From the NCBI GenBank assembly GCA_951406725.2, contig OX597818.1, positions 12,524,001-12,588,000 of the forward strand: a stretch of DNA of 64,000 nucleotides, read 5' to 3'. This DNA comes from Octopus vulgaris. Taxonomy: Eukaryota. Made by a program: the position numbers and the translations under genes. Shown here one piece after another: positions 40,807 to 54,656 of this stretch (positions within the stretch are counted from its first letter, which is position 1; each line of letters opens with the position of its first letter). The notes beneath the pieces are model-generated. The model did not search any database, was not told where the DNA came from, and worked only from the letters and a program-made list of their open reading frames with translations.

Positions 40807-41604
40807 TACGTACTGTAACTATCTTTCTCTCTAATTTTGTAGGGTATTCCCTGTTGCTCTCACATATGTGAAATTTTAAATTTACATCAACATTTTGAGA
40901 TTTGGTATATTGAAATAATTTTCTACGTTATATCCGACTTTTTAAAATTTATTTGTTCCAGAAAAATTGAAGAGAAATGTTACTGATGTTTAAAGTTTAA
41001 TGAATATTATCTAATCAGAAAGCAGGATTTGAAAACTGGCATTTTCTGCATGATAGCTGCCTATCGCAAAATGAAATCAAAATCATTACGAGGAGGAATT
41101 TTTTATTAAACAGATGAAAGCAAAGCATTACGGCGACCAAAGTTGTAGGAACTCCTGAAGTTTTAATAAGTTTTAATGAATAAAGTCATGTAAAACGGTC
41201 GAACAGGCTTGTAAGTAATTTAAGATGGAAAAACAATTCGTCAACGAAGTATTTTACGAAAATTTGCACAAAGATTTCCTGATCAACAGGCCGATTTGTT
41301 GGGAAAGGCATGGTCTGACAAAAAGTTATATAAGATATTCTATTGTAAAAATTGTCAGGCAACGACGGGCTATTCAGCTAGTATAACAAAAAATGCACTG
41401 GGCTGAGGACAATAAAATTAAATATTTATAAAGTTATAATATGGAAAAGCGCAGAAGTGGCATCAAGATGGTAACAGACAGAAATTTCCATCTATGTATA
41501 AAATTGCTTGTTTTTTGTTTTCGTCTTTTTCGCGTAAGAGTTAAAAAAACATCGGTAACTTTCAAATCATGACGTAAAGGGAAATAACTACCATACAGCC
41601 CCAC
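40029..41604. mobile_element. ~135-bp inverted repeat enclosing a Helitron-like sequence
   Basis: Arms 40029-40164 and 41464-41604. Inside: tctgtctgt..ccaatcttgacgaaactttgca and a 3' hairpin plus CTAG|T at 41378-41382. Confidence 0.65.
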
Positions 41605-41970
41605 GACATGGTTCTGGATTCAGTCCCACTACATGGCACTTTGGGCAAGTGTCTTCAACTATAGTCTCGGGCCAACCAAAGCCTTGTGGGTGGATTTGTA
41701 GACGGAAGCTGAAAGACGCCCGTCGTATATATATATGTGTGTGTGTGTGTGTATATGTTTGTGTGTCTGTGTTTGACCCCTATCATCGCTTGACAAGCGA
41801 TGTTGGTGTGTTCACGTCCCCGTAACTTAGCGGTTCGGCACAAGAGACCGATAAAATAAGTACTAGGCTTACAAAGAATAAGTCTCGGGGTCGATTTGTT
41901 CGACTAAAGACAGTGCACCAGCATGGCTGCAGTCAAATGACTGAAACAAATAAAAGAATAACAGAATAAA
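41603..41970 (+). mobile_element. tRNA-derived SINE (family B), 5' head truncated
   Basis: ggattcagtccc..ttgggcaagtgtctt..internal (TA)(TG)..cgtaacttagcggttcggca..cagtcaaatgactgaaac..aaaagaata tail. Confidence 0.88.
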
Positions 41971-42810
41971 ACCGAATATTACAATATATGTATGTTTCAA
42001 CTGGCCAGCTATAAACGAGATCTCAGATGAAACGATTTACTAAACAACTGCAAATGGAAAATTGCTAAATGTGAATCTGTTTCAATTCATGGGGGTGCAT
42101 TGCCGTATATTCTATATTTTAATGTTAAATTTATAAAAACAATACTTCAAACATGCTCGCTCTTTGAATATTTGTTTTAAATGTACAACCTAAAATTTCT
42201 TCATTCTGAAGGGATTATATTCTATGGTGAAGTTAATTGTATACATTAATCAGTTATTCATAAACATAACTAGGAAGTCTGTATAATGTTTGCTTAAAAC
42301 CACAAGTTAATGGTGGATTATAGATTAGTGACTTCAATATTCAATTTGTAATACTGAAAATCAAGCATAGAGCAACAGGCAGAAATTTCATGTTGGAATT
42401 AAGCTGTGCTCATTGTATGTTTACTGTTATTCATGTAACAAAAGATGCTTAGATGTATTAATCAGACTGTCTGTGTTGCTAAATCTGTAACGTAGGATAA
42501 AGGTCAAAGAAAGCACATATATGAATAGGTACGTTACTAGAAGACATAATATTTGATAGCAGATTATGTATATATATATTTACTTACATGTGTATGCATG
42601 TGTCAGAATATATATATATATATATATATCAGATACATATAAATATGTGCATGTATATCACTCAAATCCATTACAATCGATAAGTCATCCGGTTTATAGC
42701 GTTAATATATATCTTCCCTCACATCTTTCCACGTATATATAAACACACATATACATTTATACACACATCCAAAGAGACATCAGCACACAAAAATATATGT
42801 GTGTGTATGC

Positions 42811-42899
<89 letters not shown>

Positions 42900-43644
42900 G
42901 CTGCATACACATCCGCATGCACACACATATGTGTGTGTGCGTGTGTGTGTGTATATAAATATATATATACAAATACATATATAGACACACACAATATATA
43001 TAAATGTATACATACACATAGATATATGCGTTTTGTATGCATACAAAATCATGCACTTCTCGAGTAGTAAGGGGTTCGGAGAGAACTTTACAAGGATGCG
43101 ATTTATAATTTACTCGATATTAGATAATCTAAGTACGTTTTAGTGAAGCTTAGTCAATGAGAGATATTTCTCTTGGCATCTTTCCAACGTAGTCTTTCTA
43201 AAGAAAGAATAAGAAGCAAAATGCTAATACCTTGTATAAAGCCTATGTAAATATTGTTATCTCAAACATCTGTTATGTTTTGCTTCTTTTCTTTTTCCTC
43301 TACATCATGTCTTGTGATGTTTATATTTTTGAATAGTTCTTGTACTGGAGATAAATGAACAGAAATATATCAGCCTTTGTAGTAACTCCAAGACAACTGT
43401 AATTCTACGAACTCGGGATTTTGCACTTGAAGTGACACATACACACACACGGATATATCTATACATTTATATATATTGTGTGTGTCTATATATGTATTTG
43501 TATATATATATTTATATATACACACGCACGCACATACACATATAAAGAGAGAGGGAGAGAAGCAGACATTGAGATAAAAGTCATGTTGATGATTGAATTA
43601 TATAAAAAAAGACGATTAGCGACCATATATTACTATATCACTCA

Positions 43645-44440
43645 AGAATGTTCAACGTATGAATTTGTGCCATTCGAAAGGTTATACGTACCAGTTATAC
43701 ATTATAAGCCTAAAGACATTTCGGAAAATGTCTCGGGATTGTGTTTAGTAAAATTTGTCAAAGTACAAATCGTCGTAGACTGGCGACAATTTCTTTGTAT
43801 TAAAGTTGAACGACTTTCTCTTATCTTCGTAACAAATTTGTGTGATAAAAGAATTTCTACTTTCAAATATATATAAGAATCTTTGGGTTCTTTCTTTTCT
43901 GAACCATGCAGGAGTTTTATATACTGCCCATTGGAATATTTCTCAAATCAATCTCAGCCATACTAAAGCAAGTGTGATACAGTGAATAATGCACAATTTG
44001 ATATTCTGTGCATATGAAAATGTTCAGAGCAAGTAAAAGACTAAATAAAAGCATCCCTAACCGCAACAACTAAACCAACATCACTACCAACAAAACAACA
44101 TCATCATGGACAACAACGAAAGAAACCAAATTGACAGCAAGGAACACAGGAAATATCCTTCACCTGATCACTCAACCTGATCGAAACAGAATATAGCTGC
44201 ATCAGCTGCGTCAAGCTCAAACCACTCATTCCAGCTTTAGCAAAGTTATACACATTGGATAATGGATGACTATCGGTTCACTAACTGGGATAATGGATTG
44301 ATCACAACTGGAAACTGCTACTCAAGGAGAGAGAATTTCTCCTAGGTTTATTGTTGTTATGTTGTAGAATTGCATCAAATAATGAAGAGCATAATATAGT
44401 TCCATATAATTCTTTTATTTTGTTTCTTTATTTACATGAA
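43645..44440 (+). pseudogene. Decayed type-I membrane protein: CUB-like domain, Thr-rich stalk, TM-like segment
   Basis: MNLCH../GLCLVKF..FLCIKVERLSL..NLCDKRI..EPCRSFIYC..AQFDI; then LTATTKPTSLPT..TTTKET; then FLLGLLLLCCR. Confidence 0.4.
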
Positions 44441-45762
44441 ATAGGGTCCTTGAGGTCACTGATAGCCGTGAATGACACACTTTCGTCCTGATATATACAC
44501 AGGCAAACTCGCATCCTGTTTATATGAGTGAGTTTGCTGTATGTCAATATCTCTTATAGGTACAGATTCATAATTCGATCGAAGGGTAGATTGTACAATG
44601 TTTGCATAGTAGTGAGATATAAGTGATATATGCAGTGGATATATGATACGTAAACATATGATGTGAAAATATGATGCTGTAAAATAAGATGTAAGAAGTT
44701 ATCGAGTCTGTCATCGAATAAAGACATTTTCAATGCTACGGCCTTTTATTACAACGAGGCTTTGGCAGCCAGCATGTTTAAGTACCGCATCTCTTTTCTG
44801 CCGAGTCCTAACACTCACCAAAGAAAGTGCTACTGAAGGGCAATTGGTTTGCCTCATACTTCGCACTCAGCATAAAAACTCACGTGGGACGTATCGTACT
44901 TGGTTTGATGGATAAGCATTTTCCGCAATCCGATAGGTAGGGACGGTTATTTAATAGACAGAACTTAAGTGTCCCATTCTACTGTGAATACAGTGTTAAA
45001 AAGTTTTCAATGAAAGACTCTAAACACTGCAGAGAAGCAAGATGCTTATGTAGGGTTAACAGTGAGTGTCCTGTAGGCTATCGATACAACTCCTAGGCCG
45101 TCGTCTATGAGGCAGAGGTGGTGTCCTGCAGTAACAGCAGCAAAAGTAGCGGTAGCAGAAGCAACAACAACAGCAGCAGAGCACCAACAAGTAAAGACAC
45201 ATACACATAAACATAATGGATTATCGGATGCCCTTTTAAGCTGCAACGAAACAACCACAGGTCGCCTTTTAGGATCGTATAGATGTGCAACTTTATATCT
45301 TTGGGATCTTTATATGACATTTAAACGAGGAAGGAACGACATAAAGTATTACATGGAAGCTCCTGCAACATCAGAAGCAGACGGCGCAAACTTTGCTTGG
45401 CCGAGATAGCAAGGATCCCAAAAATTGGTTTGATTTGGGAGGCCTTCTTAAATACATAGAGTGAGTATTGGGTCTGTAGCCTCATGATAGAAAATTTGTG
45501 TTGAGGGATGGGCTTCACCGCTATTGGAAGGAAACATATATAAGCATCTCCTTTTCAGATATATCTGAAACCCTTCTTCAGGAGATAACTTTGTGGTTTT
45601 ATTCATTGCAATGCTGACCAAGTCTGTATTCTTACCTCCATTAGTAAAGAAGAGGCTATGTGCCTCCGGTTTTCAGGTCTGGTGCCTCGCCTCTACTGCT
45701 AGGAGCAATAGTTGACGTGAAACAAAGATGAACTTTCTGACAGGCCATGATGTGTATATATA

Positions 45763-45803
<41 letters not shown>

Positions 45804-47924
45804 CGTGTGTATATGTGCGTGTGTGTATGTGCGTGCGTGCGTGTGTGTGGTGTGTATGCCTTTATGATGTAGCATTACAAGATTGAATCGATATCTGTTT
45901 CCTATTTTGAAATTTAAAATGAATATTGACTAGATAAATCACCTGGGGTTCTTCTGCAGTGCAAGGCCTATTTTTGTTTTTAATTATGAGACGACTGACA
46001 ACTGAGAACGCAGAACTTACATAATGCCAAATTTTGTAGCTAATTGTGGCATAGCACGTCTCGAGTACAAGCTAATGTGTGTAACTCTTGTTGAATATCA
46101 GTGAAAACCCCTTAATTTCGAAGTCTATCCTTTTAAAAACGAATAAATGTATTGGGTAAAGTGTATACAAATCTACGAGACAATAGCGATGTCATGTTTT
46201 GGTGCTACGTGTGGTCGGTTGGAACTAAATTTGGATTAAACAATAAAAAAAAAACATGGATGATGTGAAAATCACTTCAGTTGTAAACCTCAAATTGTAT
46301 CTTCTATGATAGCTGAAGGCCTACCTAATAGGAAGATATTGCTCTGCTTGTATTGAATTATTCACACAGCAAACAATTTACATCGTAATTTTATAGATGT
46401 CACCAAGACCGTTGTAATGGAGTAATCGACAAAAGAATCAAGAAGAGAAGTAGTAATCGAAAAGCAAAGTAACCGCACTAAACAACCAGAAACGATATAA
46501 CTGAACGAAAAAGAAGAAACAATAATGGATTATAAATCAGAAGCCTTGGGCATGTCATTATCAAGAAGAAATATAAAAAAAAAAATAATAACAATGAATG
46601 TCAATGAACATCAATGCAATGTTTGTTATAATAGTGTCATGTAACGAACATGAAATAAAACAAAAAACAGTAACCAATGAACAATCAAACAACTGCTGTT
46701 ACTCAAAAATCAATTAAACCTATAACGCTAACCTCAATTATTTTGTCAATGTCAGTAGCAGTTGCGTCAATAAATGTTCGGTCATTAGCGACAAAAATAT
46801 TAACGATATGAATAATGAGCTTTCATATAGACCAAGAGCGATGTGAAGGTAGGGTTGATTTCATAAGCCACAAAGACAAAAAATGTAGGACAAAACTCTT
46901 CTCGGTTTTGATCTTGGGTCAAAATTGGACGGATTTCGAAATTCACAAGGTGGTTTGTCGTACCGTCTACCAATTCGGCCATAATCACTCTCTATTAAAA
47001 CGTGCTATCGATTTAGTGTTTTAAAATATCTGAATAATGGCATCATTAGAGACAAGAGAATAATCAACATCAATAACTATGACAACAATTGTAAGCTAAT
47101 GAAAAATAATCAGTGAAAGTGTTTTCTTTGTAGTCTGGGAATACTAACAGTATTAAAATCATCAACTGCAAGAGTAACACCGGCAAAGCATCTCTGACAT
47201 TAATCATAATATGAACAATAAAAGAAACAAAAATACGGAGATGATTCTGTCTGTATGGTGCTATATGGAAGGGCAAAACTATACAGAAGTAAATAACTGA
47301 TTGGATTTATGAAATAGAATATGTTAAAGTACTGCAGCATAAACATACAATTACTTCATGTATCAAAATATTGGCAAAACGTGGAACATCACATTACATT
47401 TCATTGCATCACTGCACGAAACCGGAATTCCAAAATATTTTCAGACTGTTGTAACCTCACACTATTCCGCAAAATATCATTTCATCAAGAGATAAAAAAA
47501 AAAGCAGCTACACTATTATACAAACGAAATATTTGATGCATAATGGATTATCCAAGTCTTGCCTGCACATCAAATCGTTCAACAGGGTGGCGACAGTGTT
47601 TATCAATAATAATAATAACTATTGCATCTAATCATCCAACACTACTTATTTGCCGAGTAAATCAGGCGGCACATATAAAAAATTACGACATGGTTACAAC
47701 CAATAACATCCATTGTAAGGAAGAGCGAACGCAATACTGAAAGCATAAGTCGTAGTGCACGAATGACTATAATAACATAAAAAATAACAACAACAAAGTA
47801 GTTACAATGAAACAAGTTAGAGCTATGGCTATGAGCATATGAAAAAAATGCAGTTATAAAATTTCATCTGGGACATGAAGAATAACAACAAAATGAATAC
47901 AGCAATAGTGATTTATTACAATAG

Positions 47925-48122
47925 CACGAGGCCAAACAAAATGAGGAAGGACACGGCCGATTCTATCGATTCCTAGAATTTTATTTCCTTGAACTCAGAA
48001 AGCTGAAGAGTCAAGTTGACCTCAATGCGAGTATAATTCTGAATGTAATATGACGCAGCTACATATCATATCATAAGACACTTTGTTAGTCGTTGTATCG
48101 ATCTGTCAAATCATCACCTTAA
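47925..48122 (-). mobile_element. Highly degenerate family-A SINE
   Basis: gcacgaggcc..gccgattctatcga..gaaagctgaagagtcaagttgacctc..tcatcacctt. Confidence 0.5.
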
Positions 48123-48149
48123 AATAACGGTAACGTGATTACTAATACG

Positions 48150-48480
48150 AACTGAGACCCCAAAATATATGACATTAAAAATCGTACAATAAAAGTCATC
48201 AATTAGAACGAAACCAATAAATATTTATTCTGTTATGGCAAAATAAAAAACGAACTCATAGTGAATATAAATTTTGAAAAGATGACATGTGTGTGAAAAT
48301 ACGATTTGCGGGCAGTTGTAGTCGCAGTTATCGATTTATCTTCAAGGAAGAGATCCCGTTCGAGTGCACGGAGTACTGTGTACTATGCTCAGTACATCTA
48401 AAGACCAGCTTATGTAACATATCAGACAAATGAAAAACCCTATTATCGAGGTATAAGAACTGACTGTTCTATCTACCAAA
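48150..48480 (+). pseudogene. Decayed CUB domain
   Basis: FCYGKIKNELIVNINFEKM / GSCSRSY..TEYC / LSTSKDQL / YVTYQTNEKPYYRG, across frameshifts. Confidence 0.45.
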
Positions 48481-48519
48481 TAATTTCTATCTACCTAAGG
48501 CTTGAAACCGTTCAAATAT

Positions 48520-48830
48520 TGTTATCAGCAATAAGAATAAGATTTACGTACAGTAAACCAATATTAAACTTTAACAGAAATGTTGAGTCGCTGATATGTT
48601 AGTTGCTCTTTTATAAGGGCTACGGCTACAGATATTAGTATATAATTCGTGACTACAGCTAATATAGTTTGAATGGGTATTACTCCTTCTTTCCTTCTCA
48701 TTTACTCTCTTGATCTTAGACAACTCAAAATGTACACCATGACACCAAGAATTAACGTCATAAAAATTGCTATGCAATATCTCAACCTGCAATCTAATAT
48801 CTATTTTATATTCTTCCATTATTGATTTCT
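48520..48830 (-). pseudogene. CUB-like exon candidate
   Basis: ORF 48571-48819 reads IRLQVEILHSNFYDVNSWCHGVHFEL..ISCSHELYTNICS. Confidence 0.25.
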
Positions 48831-49477
48831 CTTAAACATACAAAAGTATATGGATGTGCGCGCGCGTGCGCGCGTGTGTGGGTGTGTGTATAAGAAATGA
48901 ATACCTGCGTTGAAAAGAGCCTCATATTTCAATATTTCTTCGGAATTCCTGAGTGAGAATTATTTAAATATTATTGAGCATCATATCGGTTCACTGGACG
49001 ATATTAAAACATCTATTAAAAACATTTCCGTGCTTTATGAACATTTCAATTCTTTTCACCAAAATAAACATCTCCAAAACTAACATAATCGAAAATTATA
49101 TTTATAAATGGTTAATTGGAGAATGCTGCTTTTAAGAATGTGGACATTCCAAGATATGAGAGCAATAAGACATACAAAATGTAAGGTTTCCAAAATAATA
49201 TTTTCAGAGATAATCATTTCTTTAATAATGGTATCGGACGAATTGTAATGTATTTTGGATTAAATGACTATATTTGTATTTTTCCGATCAATATTTCTCA
49301 CCAGTATATAATGATTCAGCAATTCAAAGTGAACTGTTGGAGATGGTGTGCAATCTGTCTGCATGAAGAACATTTTTCTGAGAGATGAAAAAATTAAAAA
49401 ATTACGAACTAAGAAACTAAGATACATGAAAACAATGATGCTTGCAATAATAATAATAACGCACCATATGCACAATA

Positions 49478-49583
<106 letters not shown>

Positions 49584-49602
49584 TAATAATAATAATAATA
49601 AT

Positions 49603-50142
49603 CATGCAGTACTAGGCAATGGCTCTCGTGGCTTCTTATCTTAACTGATTGGAAGTGTTATCATGTACATTGTTTTGTCTTGGTATAAAAGAATGGGTTG
49701 CAGCAAATATTCTACTCAATACCACAGATTTGCTTGTCAGTTGTTTGACCGCAACCAACTGAGCATGTCCCTTGGTGGCTGACGATATGTGCATCTCTGA
49801 TCACGAGCAGAAGTAGTGGGGGAGCATCATAGCCATGTGTTGAGAGGGATTGAATAATTCACCTCTGGAAACATGAGTGTTTCTTTCAACATCCTTAAAC
49901 AACCCTTATTCAGGGACCTTTTGAGCGGGATGGGTTACTCGACCAGAAGAAAATTCTAACTGGGCCCCATCTGCAAGGTCATGTGCTGTTTATCTTGATA
50001 TGAGATCACCATGTCGCGCACATATGCTTATGATGCATGTGCTTAGTGTACCCTTATCAGACGGGTAGTCATAATGGGTATACTGGGCTTCGTATATTTT
50101 TACCCCATTGTCACTTTGATGGCATGCACTGCTCTCTCACTC
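49603..50142 (+). mobile_element. ~540-bp non-coding element embedded in (TAA)n
   Basis: (AAT)n on both sides; homologous partial copy at 56881-57175; no credible ORF. Confidence 0.8.
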
Positions 50143-50198
<56 letters not shown>

Positions 50199-50214
50199 TA
50201 ATAATAATAATAAT

Positions 50215-50780
50215 ACAAAGCGGACCATCAAAGCTAATAACCAAGATATTGTTGTGAAAGACAAGACAATAATGTCTGTTTATCGATTCACTCGAGCATA
50301 CCATGTGATTATAATATCTCAACAAAAGAATTCGATAAGCTCAGAAAATATAAAGACCTTCTGATTGAAATCGAAAAAGTTAACATCTCAAGACGGCGAT
50401 AATACTAATGATTATAAGGATGCTTGGAATGATCCATAAGTTAACTGAAATTTGTTATAGTAGGTACGTCTTTTGAGAAGGGCATTGTCGCTGTGAAATT
50501 TCTTTCCTTTTTCCCATTTAATTTCTTTGTTTTCTTTCATGTTTTAATTTTTTTTTACTTCTTTCCTCTCTCTTTCCATTTATTCTATCACGTGACTTGG
50601 TAAACGATCTGGTGTGTTTATTTTAATAGCCTACCAAAGTATACAGTGAGTTTCTTTGAGCTAAGTGTTGGGAAGACACTCGGCAAAAAATGAATACAAA
50701 ATTGAAAGAAGATGCATGATAATAGACATAATATGTCTGGTTACAACAGGCTCGAAGAGAAAGAAGAAAATGTAAACAAC
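50215..50780 (+). mobile_element. R4/Dong-type RLE retrotransposon 3' remnant(s)
   Basis: RTIKANNQDIVVKDK..KEFDKLRKYKDLLIEI (PD-(D/E)xK RLE). The 3'UTR-like block 50630-50710 is homologous to 52760-52845. Confidence 0.7.
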
Positions 50781-51098
50781 TATGATGAATTGAAGAGAGC
50801 TTGGAAGTATCAGTACTCAAGTACTAAACGTTGCCCCAAAAGATTGGTACAAATGTAAAGATAGGACACCTACAAAAAGCAACATTGCTTGAAACTTCAA
50901 GCGTTCCCCGAATGGTTCTGTAAGCATGATCATTAAACAAGAGCCCCCTAAGTCTGCTGGCTGTGTGCTAACGATTCTGCCGGCTCGCCGCCTTAACAAC
51001 AACAACATAGTGAAACGAAACAAAACAAAACAAGCGATCGACTGGACGAGTTCATCGCAGCTCTGACCAGTAAGCAGCCGAAGACACAGAAATACAAT

Positions 51099-51325
51099 TA
51101 CATTAATCCCTCGAATATCCCGGCTATTACGTTCTAAAACCTCCCGCGATAGGTAAAAATCTGCGAAGTAGAAACAGTAGTGTACTGTATACTTTTAGAA
51201 TTATTTTTATAATTTGTATATATTTATTTTATTATAAATGCAAAACAACATCACGGAGGATTCGACGTAAGCTTAAATTATAAACCGCGATAGGTGAACT
51301 GCAATAGGTGAACCGCAATAGACTG
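51099..51325 (+). mobile_element. Tc1/pogo-type MITE remnant
   Basis: ta|cattaatccctcg..cccgcgataggt..; repeated subterminal ccgcgataggtgaac; right end truncated. Confidence 0.5.
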
Positions 51326-52091
51326 AAATTATTTCTCAAAATAACTTTGAAAACATGAATATCTACTATTTACTGTGAGCATTTCATTTTTTTTCTCTGA
51401 TTATCCGAATATGCAAGCAACTCATTTATCAGAAGAACACTCTTAAACATCCCCGGCTATCTGACTTAGACAACTTCATAATAAGCGACTATCTGTGAGT
51501 ACATACTTTTAAATAGCTTCTAGCATTTCGAACTGACCAAACATTCCTCTTACATACTCAGGACAAATTGACGCGCCTCCAAAATTTTAGACTCTTTCCA
51601 GAATTGATAAAAAATACTCAAGATAAATGATTGGCATATGAACAAAGTGCCCCGCTGCGAAAACTGTAAAGCACAGTAAAATTTCGTTTAATATTAAAAA
51701 TAAAATCAACAGTAATTCAAATAGAAGAAAATAAATCTCTCCTCAAAATCTATCATCGCACTCTTAATGAAAGTAGATGTAGCAAGTACTGCTCTAGTCA
51801 CATAACTTGACCTTTGCTGACAACATGGGTGCAAACACGCCTGTGTAGGTTCCCTGTCAACATTTATTGAGTCTATTTATTGACAAATGATATCTAAATC
51901 TATGTCCATTAACCTGTGTTTCTTCCTCCTCTAAAGTTAATGCAGTTAGCTTAACTTTGCCAATCCTCAACAACGACATGAACAACAACTCATAGATTGA
52001 CGGCGATAACAACGATAACACGCTCACTGTCAACATGGCTTCAGAACGTAACCACAATGTCAGAAACAACAACAACAACAACAATACTGGA

Positions 52092-52298
52092 TTCGAATTT
52101 TGGCACAAGTCCATATAGTTCGGAGTAGGAGCTTGTCAATAACATGACTCTCAGTGCTTCACTGGTTATTCTATCGACCACGAAAAGATGAAAGGCATAA
52201 TCGTCCTCGGCGGATTTTGATCTCAAAATGCACAGACGGACAAGATGCCGCTAAGTATTTTGCCCGGCGTGCTAACGATTTTGCCAGCGTGCCGCGTT
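52092..52298 (-). mobile_element. Family-A SINE
   Basis: gatgaaaggc..cctcggcggattttgatctc..gcccggcgtgctaacgattttgccagc. Confidence 0.8.
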
Positions 52299-52393
<95 letters not shown>

Positions 52394-52455
52394 AAACAAC
52401 AACAACAACAACAACAACAATAATAATAATAATGATAATGATAATAATAATAATG

Positions 52456-52527
<72 letters not shown>

Positions 52528-52529
52528 GT

Positions 52530-52855
52530 ATACCAAAATGTGGAACATCAAGACTAAAACAATAACTGTTGTCATAGGTGCTCTAGGAATGATAGCAAAA
52601 GAGGGTGATTCATACGTAGCCCAGATACCAGGAAACCCCAAAATGGCAGAAATTCAAAAGATTGTGCTCATGGGAACTGCCCATGAGAACTGTTGCTGCT
52701 CATGTATTTTAATTTAACTTTTTAAAAAAATAAATGAACGAACTATTGTTTAGTTTAATGGCATACCAATGTACACTATGAGTTTCTTTGCCCTAGGAGT
52801 CGGGAAGACACTCGGCAAGAAATGGAAGCAAATTTGAAAGAAGAAAAAAAAAAAA
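52530..52855 (+). mobile_element. R4/Dong-type RLE element, extreme 3' end
   Basis: KMWNIKTKTITVVIGALGMI..IQKIVLMGTAH plus 3'UTR; (TAA)n on both sides. Confidence 0.8.
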
Positions 52856-52879
52856 TAATAATAATAACAATAATAACGC

Positions 52880-53790
52880 TCTGTAGAAATCACAGGCTAC
52901 ATAGAGCAGAAACGTGGTATGACTAAACTCCAGAAGGAGTAACCGAAAATGAGTATTGCAAAATCTTATGGGATGAATTGCATTGTAAATTCCCAAAGAT
53001 AATTGCAGCATAGTGAGGCATGGGTATGGTTGCAGAAAGGAAAACTGAAAAGGGAGACAGAGAGTAAACGGGGCCTTCCACCCTAAGAGTAATATCGATA
53101 AGCTGTACTTGTCCAGAATAAAGGTTGGGAGAGGTTTGGTCACTTGCTAGGACTGTATGGAAGCGGAGGAAAATAGCTTAGGGTGGTATATAAAAAAATG
53201 CCGTTGAGCAACTGTTGAAACGCATGAAGGACGGCGTCATCAAAACTGAAAATTGTGTAACGAAAGAAAAATTTAAGCAAGAAATGAACAAAAAAAAGGT
53301 AAGGAAGGAAAAGAAAATGCATGGACAGTTTGCAAGAGATGTAAACGCCAAGACAGTTACAGAGGACCGGTGACTACAGATGAAGAGGAGTGACATGAAG
53401 ATAGAGACAGAAGCATTCATATGCGCAGCTCAAGAACAAGCGATAACTATATGAAGTACAGAATAGACAACACTGCCGATAGCAACAAATGCACAATGTG
53501 TGGTGAGATGGATGAAACGGTATGGTACATCGTTAGCGAATGTCCGAAATTGGCACAAAGCGAATACAAAAACGCCATGAAAATGTGGCAAGCATGATCC
53601 ATTGGGTGCTCTGTGGCCTATAAAGAGCAAAGACGTAGTGTGAGCAAATTCCAGAAGGAGTCACCGAAAATGGGAATTGCAAAATCCTGTGGGATGCAAT
53701 GATCCAGTGCGGTCACCCGACTAGACATCGGAAACCGGACATTGCTGCGTGGGGGATGAATAAAAAAAGAAGAACGACCAGTAAACAAGT
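52880..53790 (+). mobile_element. R4/Dong-type RLE element remnant (post-RT, CCHC, RLE start)
   Basis: FHPKSNIDKLYLSR..GRGL; KKMHGQF; ETEAFICAAQEQA; CTMCG.DETVWYIVSECPKLAQ.EY; KILWD..HRKPDI. Confidence 0.8.
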
Positions 53791-53882
53791 ATCACCTTAC
53801 TCTGCTGGCTGTGAACAGCTGCCACTTCCCATCATACCCAGCAAAATAAGCTGTGAGCTTTCATATAAAGATAATAATAATA

Positions 53883-53913
<31 letters not shown>

Positions 53914-53934
53914 TAGTAATAATAATAATAATAG

Positions 53935-54583
53935 CAGCATACCAAGAAAGGAAGGTGGAAGAGGGTTAACATCAGTAGAAGACTGTGTGGAGTTGGCTAG
54001 AGTAGATATAGACATCTACGTAGGTAAAAGTGAAGAAAGTTTATCAAAAACTGCTAGACTCACAGCAAGACATAGGGAAACTGAAAGCCTAAACGAAGTT
54101 AAAAACCTGAAAAAAGAACAGAAATTGTCTGACTGGCCAGAGAAGACGTTACATGATAGATTCCCAAAGATAGTTGCAGCAAATTGAAATAATAAGACAT
54201 AGTTATGTTTGAGAAAGGAAACATGAAAGGAGAGACAGAGAGTTTGTTAGTAGCAGCACATGTTCAAGCATTACGGACTAATTGGATAGAATCCAAGATA
54301 GACAAAAATTAAGTAGATTCCCAATGTAGGTTATGCAAACCAAAAGAAGAAAGCGTTACTCATATAGTAAGTGAATGTAGCATGCTGGCACAGAAAGAAT
54401 ACAAGAAAATACATGACAACCTGGGGAGAATAATCCCTTGGGAGCTATGTAGAAAGCTAGGATTTGAACATACTGATAAATAGTATGAAAATGAACTTAG
54501 TAAAGTACTAGAAAGTAAGAAATTCAAGATGTGGGATTTTAACATTCAGACTAACAGAGTAATAGAAGCTAGAAGGCTTGATT

Positions 54584-54656
<73 letters not shown>

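Noticed and set aside
45046-45740. GC-richer segment with 70-100 aa ORFs
   Set aside because: No recognisable domain, and part of it is a CAG/CAA low-complexity tract.
49778-49800. ctgacga/ctgatga in the 540-bp TAA element as an HHR core
   Set aside because: No appropriately placed GAAA after a stem II was found.
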